From: a virus
Length of the DNA: 39,099 nucleotides
Reading direction: 5' to 3' (one strand)
IMG/VR virus record: IMGVR_UViG_3300029489_000008
Location: 1 to 39,099 of that record
Shown here: positions 24,017 through 30,911 of the stretch, one piece after another
How the letters are laid out: each line of letters opens with the position of its first letter
Position numbering within the stretch: position 1 is the stretch's first letter
Translations under genes and position numbers: made by a program
The notes under the pieces: generated by a model
The model's database searches: none
The model's input: only the letters and a program-made list of their open reading frames with translations
Told to the model about the DNA's origin: nothing

Positions 24017-24316
24017 ATGAAAAAACTGTTTATCTCTCAGCCTATGAAGGGCAAGACCAACGAGGAAATTCGGAAAGAGCGTGAAGAAGCGATCATCTGC
24101 GCAAAGGAACTGACGGGCAATGAAATCGAAGTGATTGATAGCTTCTTTGAAAACGCTCCGGCTGATGCAAGGCCACTGTGGTATCTTGGCGAATCACTGA
24201 AACTGCTGTCTACGGCTGACGTTGCGTACTTTGCCCCCGGTTGGAAGAACGCCCGCGGTTGCAAGATTGAGCATATCTGCGCGGAGCAGTACGGTATCAA
24301 CATCGTGGAAGCGTAA
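24017..24316 (+). CDS. DUF4406-like (nucleoside deoxyribosyltransferase-fold) protein
   Basis: MKKLFISQPMKGKT...PLWYLGESLKLLSTADVAYFAPGWKNARGCKIEH matches the family pattern. The RBS context is AAAGGAGTTACTTATG. Confidence 0.65.
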   Translation: MKKLFISQPMKGKTNEEIRKEREEAIICAKELTGNEIEVIDSFFENAPADARPLWYLGESLKLLSTADVAYFAPGWKNARGCKIEHICAEQYGINIVEA

Positions 24317-24328
24317 AAGGAGTTACGT

Positions 24329-24514
24329 ATGAGAGAACTGAACGCCTGCCCGTTATGTGGGTATTTCCCAGTGCTGAAACAAGTCGGAGACGATAAAAAT
24401 CTCTTGGTGTACCAATGCGCACATTGTGGCTACATTGCCGCGAAAAACCATGAGGCAAAATACACAAAATCCGGCGCCATGAAAGTTTGGAACAAAGGGA
24501 CGGAAAAAGCATAA
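24329..24514 (+). CDS. Lar-family restriction-alleviation-like zinc-ribbon protein
   Basis: LNACPLCG...YQCAHCGY...AMKVWNKG fits the CPxCG...CxxCG...A..WN pattern. The RBS context is AAAGGAGTTACGTATG. Confidence 0.6.
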   Translation: MRELNACPLCGYFPVLKQVGDDKNLLVYQCAHCGYIAAKNHEAKYTKSGAMKVWNKGTEKA

Positions 24515-24531
24515 TGAAGGGAGTACATAAC

Positions 24532-24756
24532 ATGGACAAAATTATGAAACGGCTTTCGAATCTGCTGAGCGCGAAGTCGCTGGTGACGCTGCTGCTGACG
24601 GTGGTGTTTACGGTGCTGGCGCTGCGGGGTGATATCACAGGGAAAGACTTCTTGACGATCTTCCTGATGGTAATCACGTTCTATTTCGGCACGCAGTCGC
24701 AGAAGGCACAGGACGCGATGGATGCGAAGGGTGACGACAATGGCACTGAAAATTAA
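24532..24756 (+). CDS. Holin (2 TM)
   Basis: GAAGGGAG RBS upstream and two TM helices. Its end overlaps the endolysin start. Confidence 0.7.
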   Translation: MDKIMKRLSNLLSAKSLVTLLLTVVFTVLALRGDITGKDFLTIFLMVITFYFGTQSQKAQDAMDAKGDDNGTEN

Positions 24757-25420
24757 CGATACCATCCGGGCAACGAGAGTGGGCGGCAGACGTCCGCTCT
24801 CGGCCATCCGGGCCATCGTGTTCCACTACACTGCAAACACTGGCCTGCACGCGACGGCGCTCGGCAATGCCCGGTATTTTGCAAACGGCTCCGAGGGACG
24901 CACTGCTTCGGCACATTTCGTGGTAGACGAGGGCGATACCGTTTATCAGTGTGTGCCGCTGGACGTGGTCGCATGGGCCGTGGGCGACGGCAGGAGCGGC
25001 AAATTCGGCAAGGTGTACGGCAACTACAACACCGTCAGTATCGAGATGGTGAGCCATACGGACGCTTCCGGCAAGTACTACATCCCGGAGGCGACGATGC
25101 GCAACGCTGCGCGTCTGTATCAAATGCTGCTGAAGCAGCTTCCGAACGTGCAGGCCGCGATCCGGCACTATGACATTTCGATGAAACTGTGTCCGCTGCC
25201 GCTGATTGACGAAACGAAGTGGGCGGACTTTAAGAAGCTCTTGGAGGAGGTGGACGAAGTGGTCACGAAAGCAAAGATGATCGTCGACGGCAAGGAGATC
25301 GAGGTCGAACGCATTTTGAAGGACGGCACGAATTACATTAAAATTCGCGACATCGCAAAGGCGCTGGATCTTGAAGTGTCGAACAAGGGCAATGTCCCGA
25401 TCCTGAATCATAAGCAGTAA
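24740..25420 (+). CDS. Endolysin: N-acetylmuramoyl-L-alanine amidase (Amidase_2/PGRP) with a C-terminal Cu-amine-oxidase-N-like wall-binding domain
   Basis: IVFHYTAN...ASAHFVVD...AWAVGD...SIEMVSH...IRHYDISMKLCP, then VDGKEIEVERILKDGTNYIKIRDIAKALDLEV. Confidence 0.85.
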   Translation: MALKINDTIRATRVGGRRPLSAIRAIVFHYTANTGLHATALGNARYFANGSEGRTASAHFVVDEGDTVYQCVPLDVVAWAVGDGRSGKFGKVYGNYNTVSIEMVSHTDASGKYYIPEATMRNAARLYQMLLKQLPNVQAAIRHYDISMKLCPLPLIDETKWADFKKLLEEVDEVVTKAKMIVDGKEIEVERILKDGTNYIKIRDIAKALDLEVSNKGNVPILNHKQ

Positions 25421-25445
25421 AGCCCCGTGTGCCGCGCCACCCGGA

Positions 25446-25712
25446 TTGGAGGTGGTGACGATCAGCGCGAGGGTGCGGATTCCGGAAGACTTGACCGGCC
25501 TGCTGCAAGGCGAGTGGGAGCAGATCATAGCACAGGCAGGTTACAGTGAGCAGGATGCGGAGATCGTCCGGCGTTATATCATGAATAAGACACCGCAGAT
25601 TGACATAGCGGTGGAGCTGGACATGGCGCGGAGCACGATCACCCGCAGACTGCCGCAGATCTACGCACGAGCGCGGCACACGGCAGCAAAGCTGCAAATG
25701 ATAAACGAGTAA
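25446..25712 (+). CDS. Sigma-70 region-4-like HTH regulator
   Basis: EQDAEIVRRYIMNKTPQIDIAVELDMARSTITRRL. The start is uncertain (TTG 25446 or GTG 25452). Confidence 0.6.
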   Translation: MEVVTISARVRIPEDLTGLLQGEWEQIIAQAGYSEQDAEIVRRYIMNKTPQIDIAVELDMARSTITRRLPQIYARARHTAAKLQMINE

Positions 25713-25736
25713 CAGATACAAGATATTGTGACGGTA

Positions 25737-25775
25737 CAAAAGCCCCCGGCAGGAGTGATCCTGTCGGGGGCTTTT
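25737..25775. terminator. Bidirectional intrinsic terminator between convergent genes
   Basis: aaaa-gcccccggcagg-agtgat-cctgtcgggggc-tttt forms a 12-bp stem with A and T tracts on the two sides. Confidence 0.8.
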
Positions 25776-25776
25776 C

Positions 25777-26589
25777 CTATTTTACGAGCAGAAAAACGAG
25801 AAGTGCCGCAATAAACACGACGATTGTAGGTAACCAAACAAAGAATCCTTTGACTGGTTTCTTTCTGGAAAGGTCATTCAAAATTGTGGTGCGAAGCAAT
25901 GTCAGGAGGAAACTGATTCCACCAACGGTTATGAGGTTATAGCCGATGAAACTTCGCAAAGTGGATTCATCTTCAAGAAGCTTTACGTTGGTAGAAATCA
26001 AGCTGAAGATTGCAACAAAGACAGCAAGAATCGCCAGAACGTTTGCATAAATAGATTTTTCGATTTCTTTTACATCGCCTGCCTTTTTATCAAGCTGATT
26101 GATTTGTTTTTCATAAGCCTTTTTGTATCCGCTTAGACCTGTGTAACCGCCGATTTCATCCTTAAACTTCCCACTGTAAGGTTTGTCTGCTGAGCCAGAT
26201 AGTTTTTCAAAAACGATCATGGCATAGCTGTCTTCTACATTTAGGCGGATCTCATTCTCGGAAATATTAGTAAGCCGGAAAAACACCCGTGTCTTATGCC
26301 CTGGTTGATAAATTGGAGCAGAGACAGACAATCCTTGACGGATGCGACTATTACGGTCATGCACGATAGCCGCCATATCGACGGGCATATTGATAATTTC
26401 TTCTGTTGAAACCATTACGGATTCACCAGGAGCGAGGGGCTTTGACGTGTGTTCCCCATCGTCATCATAAAAAGCCTTTGTGCGAAGATCGTACCCGATG
26501 TTTGTAATGCAGTCAGGAGAGAACGTGTCTTCTTGAATGATTCCTGAATCAGCAATCAGTTTTGAAAGATCGTGGTCAACCAAAATCAT
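25777..26589 (-). CDS. dCTP-deaminase/dUTPase-fold domain (probably non-catalytic) fused to a coiled-coil linker and three C-terminal TM helices
   Basis: GGAGGT RBS 6 nt upstream. LAPGESVMVSTEEIINMP, DRNSRIRQGL, QPGH, VFFRLTN and FEKLSG..KPYSGKF line up with Dcd motifs. TM helices are IYANVLAILAVFVAIFSLI, FIGYNLITVGGISFLLTLL and FFVWLPTIVVFIAALLVFLLV. Confidence 0.85.
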   Translation of the reverse strand: MILVDHDLSKLIADSGIIQEDTFSPDCITNIGYDLRTKAFYDDDGEHTSKPLAPGESVMVSTEEIINMPVDMAAIVHDRNSRIRQGLSVSAPIYQPGHKTRVFFRLTNISENEIRLNVEDSYAMIVFEKLSGSADKPYSGKFKDEIGGYTGLSGYKKAYEKQINQLDKKAGDVKEIEKSIYANVLAILAVFVAIFSLISTNVKLLEDESTLRSFIGYNLITVGGISFLLTLLRTTILNDLSRKKPVKGFFVWLPTIVVFIAALLVFLLVK

Positions 26590-26618
26590 ATCCTTACCTC
26601 CGTTCTTTCTTTGCCTAA

Positions 26619-26646
26619 ATTATAGCGCGACTGCGAGAATTTGCAA
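26619..26646 (-). promoter_or_regulatory. Near-consensus sigma-70 promoter for the Dcd-like-TM gene (TTGCAA-N16-TATAAT on the minus strand)
   Basis: The plus strand reads attata at 26619..26624 and ttgcaa at 26641..26646. The inverted repeat aatttgc(26638..26644)/gcaaatt(26656..26662) overlaps the -35. Confidence 0.6.
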
Positions 26647-26692
26647 TAGATTTTCGCAAATTTCCGAGAATTTAATATGTAGCATCGAACTT

Positions 26693-26767
26693 ATGCGCCG
26701 ATGCGTCAGAAATGCTACACAAATGCGTCACTCATGCGTCCCAAGGAATCCGGAAAACTGTCATACT
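26693..26767 (+). promoter_or_regulatory. Phased ATGCG(T/C)C repeats followed by a TGtCATACT extended -10; putative regulated promoter of the cargo operon
   Basis: atgcgcc at 26693; atgcgtc at 26701, 26723 and 26734 (spacings 22 and 11 nt); catact at 26762..26767. The -35 position is a poor match. Confidence 0.4.
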
Positions 26768-26789
26768 GGAATCAGAAAGCGGAGGTGAT

Positions 26790-27125
26790 ATGATGTATGA
26801 TTTCGGCCAGATGAGCGCGCAGCGCATGAGCATCACTCAGGTAAATGGCTGGGGCGGCGCGGATGCGTTCCGCATGGGGCCGAACAGCTCGATCCTGCTG
26901 CTCGATCAGGAACAGCCAGTGGTCTACATGAAAACAACGGACGGCGGCGGATTCCCCAGCGTGGCGGCGTATGAGCTTCGCCCGCTGCAACGGCCTAAAC
27001 CGCTGGATGCGAACGAGCTTGAAGAACGATTGAACAGATTGGAGGCGTTGATCCGTGAATCCGTTACTAAACAAGATGCTGACCCAAAGTCCAAGCGGAA
27101 GCCAGAGCCCGCAAATGCCGAGTAA
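26790..27125 (+). CDS. Cargo operon gene A, hypothetical (111 aa)
   Basis: GGAGGTG RBS, then ATG 26790. MMYDFGQMS...ITQVNGWGGADAFRMGPNSS...KTTDGGGFP, with a charged C-terminus. Confidence 0.7.
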   Translation: MMYDFGQMSAQRMSITQVNGWGGADAFRMGPNSSILLLDQEQPVVYMKTTDGGGFPSVAAYELRPLQRPKPLDANELEERLNRLEALIRESVTKQDADPKSKRKPEPANAE

Positions 27126-27288
27126 CCCGCTTGCAATGCTGCAAGAGTTCAACAAATTCCGCCGCTCCATCACGCCGGAGGGCGCGAAGCAACGGGTGCA
27201 GGAGCTTTTGCAGAGCGGACGGATGAGCCAGCAGCAATTCGAGCAGCTCCAGCAGCAGGCACAGGCGTTTGCTCAATTTCTGAAATAA
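27055..27288 (+). CDS. Cargo operon gene B, small Gln-rich protein
   Basis: GTG 27055 lies 9 nt after GGAGG and overlaps gene A by 71 nt. Internal ATGs at 27076, 27115 and 27136 are alternative starts. Confidence 0.5.
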   Translation: MNPLLNKMLTQSPSGSQSPQMPSNPLAMLQEFNKFRRSITPEGAKQRVQELLQSGRMSQQQFEQLQQQAQAFAQFLK

Positions 27289-27332
27289 GCCGGGTGCGCA
27301 ACGGTTTATGATAAAAAATTACGAAGGGAGAT

Positions 27333-27941
27333 ATGACAATGATGGAAAACATGAGTCCTGCCGACATCAAGGCCGTTACTGGCTCTGATGGTGACGGCTG
27401 GGGTGGCGGCGCGTGGTGGATCATCATCCTGTTCCTGTTCGTCTTCATGGGCGGCGGCTGGGGCATGAACCGCCAGAGCGACTTCGGCCAGTACGCCACG
27501 GCAGCCAGCCAGCAAGAGATCCTGTTCGGGCAGCAGTTCGGGCAGATCAACGACCGGCTCACGAACATCGGCAACGGCATTTGTAACCTCGGCTATGATG
27601 TACAGGGCAACATCGGCCAGCTCGGCAAGGAGGTCGCCCTTGCGCAGAACGGCACCAACATGACCGTGATGCAGACCGGCAATGACATCCAGCGTCAGCT
27701 TGCGGAGTGCTGCTGCACAACGCAGCGAGCCATCGACGGCGTGAACGCGAACATTGACGCCAAGTTCGCAGCCCTCGAAAAAGGCCGTCTGGAAGAGCGC
27801 ATCTCGCAGCTGGAGCAGGCAAACAACCAGCTCTATATCAAGGAACAGCTCAACGGCGTTGTGCGGTATCCGACCGGCTACTCCTACAACGCGGGGCCGT
27901 CTCCGTTCTGCAACGGCAACAGCGGCTGCGGCTGCATGTGA
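27333..27941 (+). CDS. Cargo operon gene C: Gly/Trp-flanked TM anchor, coiled coil and Cys clusters
   Basis: GWGGGAWWIIILFLFVFMGGGWG, AECCCTTQ, and C-terminal FCNGNSGCGCM. ATGs at 27333, 27339 and 27342 are all possible starts after AAGGGAG. Confidence 0.75.
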   Translation: MTMMENMSPADIKAVTGSDGDGWGGGAWWIIILFLFVFMGGGWGMNRQSDFGQYATAASQQEILFGQQFGQINDRLTNIGNGICNLGYDVQGNIGQLGKEVALAQNGTNMTVMQTGNDIQRQLAECCCTTQRAIDGVNANIDAKFAALEKGRLEERISQLEQANNQLYIKEQLNGVVRYPTGYSYNAGPSPFCNGNSGCGCM

Positions 27942-28011
27942 TTCCGGCTTGACCGTGAGAAATCGGAGGGCGGGAAACCGCCCTCTTGGACTATGAAAAG
28001 GAGAAATGATT

Positions 28012-28398
28012 ATGGCTTGTAAACCGATCTGCAAACTCTGCCCGCATCTTGTGATTTCCACCGCTGTGACATACGCGAGCGGTGTACTGACGGTCAACCT
28101 CCCGGCGGGAAGCTATAACAACGGCGAGAAATACTGCATCGTGATCGCACAGAATATCCCGACAACGGCCATCATCGGGGCGCCGGTCGTCGTGACTATC
28201 GGCACTGGAACCGTGCAATATCCGCTGACGCGCTGCAACTGCAAGCAGCTGACGGCCTGCGGCCTGCGGACACGGACACGGTATTCCGCTGTGGTGGAGA
28301 CCACGCCAACAGACGGTGTGTTCCGCCTGCTGGGGAAGCCGTGCTGCACGCCGAACAACGATCTGGACAGCATCAACGGCACGTCGCCGACGGCGTAG
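28012..28398 (+). CDS. Cargo operon gene D: Cys-rich beta-type protein (9 Cys in 128 aa)
   Basis: AAGGAG lies 8 nt upstream of ATG 28012. MACKPICKLCPHLVIS...RCNCKQLTACG...GKPCCTPNN. Confidence 0.75.
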   Translation: MACKPICKLCPHLVISTAVTYASGVLTVNLPAGSYNNGEKYCIVIAQNIPTTAIIGAPVVVTIGTGTVQYPLTRCNCKQLTACGLRTRTRYSAVVETTPTDGVFRLLGKPCCTPNNDLDSINGTSPTA

Positions 28399-28408
28399 GA
28401 GGCGGACA

Positions 28409-28873
28409 ATGGGACTGCAAAGCTATCGGCAGAAGCTCCATGACGCGCTCCACGAGATGGAGCACTGCCCGGTAAACATGAACACAGTGGCACAGGCAAC
28501 GGCGCTTGCTGAGCTGTGCTGCAAGCTGCGAGAGATCGACGGACACGAAACTTCCAAGGAATTCTCGGCAACTGACGCCAAGCGCTGGACTGCAAAGATG
28601 GAAAATGAGGACGGCACGACCGGCGCGCACTGGACAATGGAGCAGACGGACGCCGTGGCCAATATCACAGGCGTCAATGTGAAGCCTTACACCTGGTGGG
28701 CGGCAATGAACATGATGTACTCGGACTATTACGGCGTAGCTGCCAAGTACGGCCTAGACCGGCCGGAATTCTATGCCGACCTCGCCAAAGCGTTCCTCAT
28801 GGATAAGGACGCCGGAGGAGCGGAGGAGAAGATAGCCGGGTATTATCATGGGATTGTGCTGAGAGAAAAATGA
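28409..28873 (+). CDS. Cargo operon gene E, hypothetical (154 aa)
   Basis: GGAGGCGG RBS, then ATG 28409. ...MENEDGTTGAHWTMEQT...AMNMMYSDYYGVAAKYG...FYADLAKAFLMDKDA. Confidence 0.75.
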   Translation: MGLQSYRQKLHDALHEMEHCPVNMNTVAQATALAELCCKLREIDGHETSKEFSATDAKRWTAKMENEDGTTGAHWTMEQTDAVANITGVNVKPYTWWAAMNMMYSDYYGVAAKYGLDRPEFYADLAKAFLMDKDAGGAEEKIAGYYHGIVLREK

Positions 28874-28900
28874 CATTTCGCATTATAATATTTTGGTTTA

Positions 28901-28922
28901 TGCGCAACATATTGCGCAACAA
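28901..28922 (+). repeat. Two direct TGCGCAACA repeats 12 bp apart; candidate integrase arm-type sites (left arm)
   Basis: tgcgcaacat at 28901 and tgcgcaacaa at 28913. Confidence 0.45.
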
Positions 28923-28959
28923 AACTCAAAAATATACTGACTTTCAATTATAAATTACA

Positions 28960-29022
28960 CCCCTGCTAAGGGAGTAGAGGTGTAAAAAGCCTGCGAGAGT
29001 TCGAATCTCTCCTTCCGCGCCA
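28960..29022 (+). other. attP core: 3' portion of a class II tRNA-Ser(GCU), from the anticodon loop to CCA
   Basis: Anticodon loop CTGCTAA, 3' anticodon stem GGGAG, a long variable arm, T arm GAGAG-TTCGAAT-CTCTC, 3' acceptor CTTCCGC, discriminator G and CCA. No matching 5' acceptor or D arm lies upstream. Confidence 0.75.
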
Positions 29023-29023
29023 A

Positions 29024-29068
29024 AGTACCCAGAAACAGCGTAAAAACGTTGTTTCTGGGTACTTTTTT
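29024..29068 (+). terminator. Strong intrinsic terminator immediately after the tRNA-derived segment
   Basis: agtacccagaaac...gtttctgggtact forms a perfect 13-bp stem followed by TTTTTT. Confidence 0.8.
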
Positions 29069-29119
29069 GCTTTTATAGTTTGAAATGCGGCTCTGTACAA
29101 AATGGAGCAAAAGTGGCGC

Positions 29120-30295
29120 CTAATCGTGCTCTGAGGCATCAACACTTGCCCCGTGTGTAACATTATGTGCAACATCATTTTTCCCTGTACTTGGTGCGCC
29201 GGGCATTTGATTCACGGCAGCGGCCATGCTGGACATATCCGGGTGGATATAGCGCTGCGTCGTGGTATACTTGCTGTGCCGCATGATCTCCTGAATCACG
29301 GACGGTGCGATATTTTGCAGTGCCAGCGCCGTGGCCGTCGTGTGGCGGCAGGAATACGGGACAAGCCGCCGCACCCCCGCTTGCTCAAGGGCCTCATAAT
29401 AGCGCGTGTAAAATGTCTGCTCCATCATAGGACAAAAATTCCCGACGCGAGATTTATTCTCCTCGCAGAGCTGCCGGATGACCGGCGCGAGAAAGTCCGG
29501 AAATACCATGGGTGTCTCTTTGCGCTTTTTTGTTTTGATGCCGCTTTTGACGATCTCGTTGCGTTCAAAGTCGATGCAGGCTTTTTTGAGCCCGCGCAGC
29601 TCCCCGGGCATCATGCCTGTGTAGATCATGGTGAGGATATAGCCGACAAAGTGATTTGTGAGATACGCCTCCCATAGTTTTTTGACCTCGTCGTCTGTAA
29701 ACGGCTCCGGCTGGGTCTCGATCAGCTCCGGGAGCGTGATGTATTTTGAGAGGTTGACCGTCACAGCTTTCTCAGCCAGAGCCAGATTAAAGCAATGCGA
29801 GAGCAGCGTCTTCATGTCCTTCCGCGTATAGTATGTGCTGGCCTCGCGGTCAACGACTTCCTGGATCTGATGGATGGTCAGGTTGTCCATCTCAATATCT
29901 GCCAGGGAGGACAGGCGCTCATAGGCTTTTCGCATGGCGGCCTGTTTGTCGCGGGACAGTTTTTTGTATTTGCCTGCCTTGTAAGTCACCCAGTATTCCC
30001 GCAGCGTGGGTGCGGCCGGCGTTGGCTTCGGTGGGTCTGACGCATAAGCGAGGGCGGCCCGTTTGGTCTTGAAGCCGCCCTTCGTCTTTACGGTCCGCCG
30101 CAGTTTTCCGTCCTCATCCAGATAGGAGCCTGTGCTCCACTTGGCTGTCCATGTGGCGCCGCGCTTGTAGGCGGTGCCCTGTCCATTGCCGCGAGAGCGT
30201 ATCCCGCCGCGCATGGCCGCGGTCTCCTGCTTCGCGCCGCACTGGGCGCAGAATGGGCCGTCCGGAACGGCCTGCTTGCATTTGCGGCAGATCAT
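29120..30295 (-). CDS. int: Tyrosine integrase with an N-terminal zinc ribbon
   Basis: MICRKCKQAVPDGPFCAQCG at the N-terminus. Catalytic region ...YSCRHTTATALA...IMRHSKYTTTQRYIH. It lies adjacent to attP. Confidence 0.9.
   Translation of the reverse strand: MICRKCKQAVPDGPFCAQCGAKQETAAMRGGIRSRGNGQGTAYKRGATWTAKWSTGSYLDEDGKLRRTVKTKGGFKTKRAALAYASDPPKPTPAAPTLREYWVTYKAGKYKKLSRDKQAAMRKAYERLSSLADIEMDNLTIHQIQEVVDREASTYYTRKDMKTLLSHCFNLALAEKAVTVNLSKYITLPELIETQPEPFTDDEVKKLWEAYLTNHFVGYILTMIYTGMMPGELRGLKKACIDFERNEIVKSGIKTKKRKETPMVFPDFLAPVIRQLCEENKSRVGNFCPMMEQTFYTRYYEALEQAGVRRLVPYSCRHTTATALALQNIAPSVIQEIMRHSKYTTTQRYIHPDMSSMAAAVNQMPGAPSTGKNDVAHNVTHGASVDASEHD
29154..29175 (+). repeat. Two direct TGTG(T/C)AACAT repeats 12 bp apart inside the 3' end of int; candidate right-arm integrase sites
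   Basis: tgtgtaacat at 29154 and tgtgcaacat at 29166. Orientation and spacing match the left-arm pair. Confidence 0.4.
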
Positions 30296-30768
30296 AGCAG
30301 TGCCCTCGTCAACTGCTGCGTCGCCTTGCAGTCCGAGGCCGTGTCTCTGATCCAGCCAATGGTCGGACTTGCGATGTCGATAATCAGGGCAGCCATTGCA
30401 GCCAGCACGATCAGGAGCAGGACCATGATCAGCGCGTCTTTCTTCTGGATTGATTTTACATAAATGCTGTTCAAGTTTTCGGCCGCGTCCAATTTGTCTG
30501 ACAGGTGCGTTTCTATTTCCGTTGAGCGAGCAATCCCGAGATATTCATCCACGGACACACCGAGCATCCGGCAGATTGGCCCGAAGGTCGCGAGCGGTGC
30601 ATTTTTCGTCTCACCTCGCAAATACTGGCTGACAGTATTCACGGATAGTCCCGTATCCTCGGCGATCTGCTGATTTGTGATGCGCGGTGTCATGGCATCT
30701 TTTTTGTCGCGGCAGACTTCCCATAGTTGCTTTTCCAATGTTTCCCCTTCTTTTCCGATTTTACCCAC
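30292..30768 (-). CDS. XRE-family HTH protein with a C-terminal TM anchor
   Basis: ITNQQIAEDTGLSVNTVSQYLRGE (HTH) and LIMVLLLIVLAAMAALIIDI (TM). There is a 4-bp overlap with the int start. Confidence 0.8.
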   Translation of the reverse strand: MGKIGKEGETLEKQLWEVCRDKKDAMTPRITNQQIAEDTGLSVNTVSQYLRGETKNAPLATFGPICRMLGVSVDEYLGIARSTEIETHLSDKLDAAENLNSIYVKSIQKKDALIMVLLLIVLAAMAALIIDIASPTIGWIRDTASDCKATQQLTRALL

Positions 30769-30911
30769 GATTGTGCGTCTTAAAACCCATGGTCACGGCT
30801 CGACAAACCCATAGACATTCTGATAACCTAATATTTGCAAGCAGCTCCCACTCGCTTGCAGCGGTCAAAATCCCCGCCGCCGATGGGATGATCGACGACG
30901 GGGTGATCCCA

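Noticed and set aside
28941-29022. A complete tRNA gene.
   Set aside because: Only the anticodon loop, variable arm, T arm and 3' acceptor are present. No complementary 5' acceptor (GCGGAAG) or D arm lies upstream. It is therefore treated as the attP core rather than a functional tRNA.
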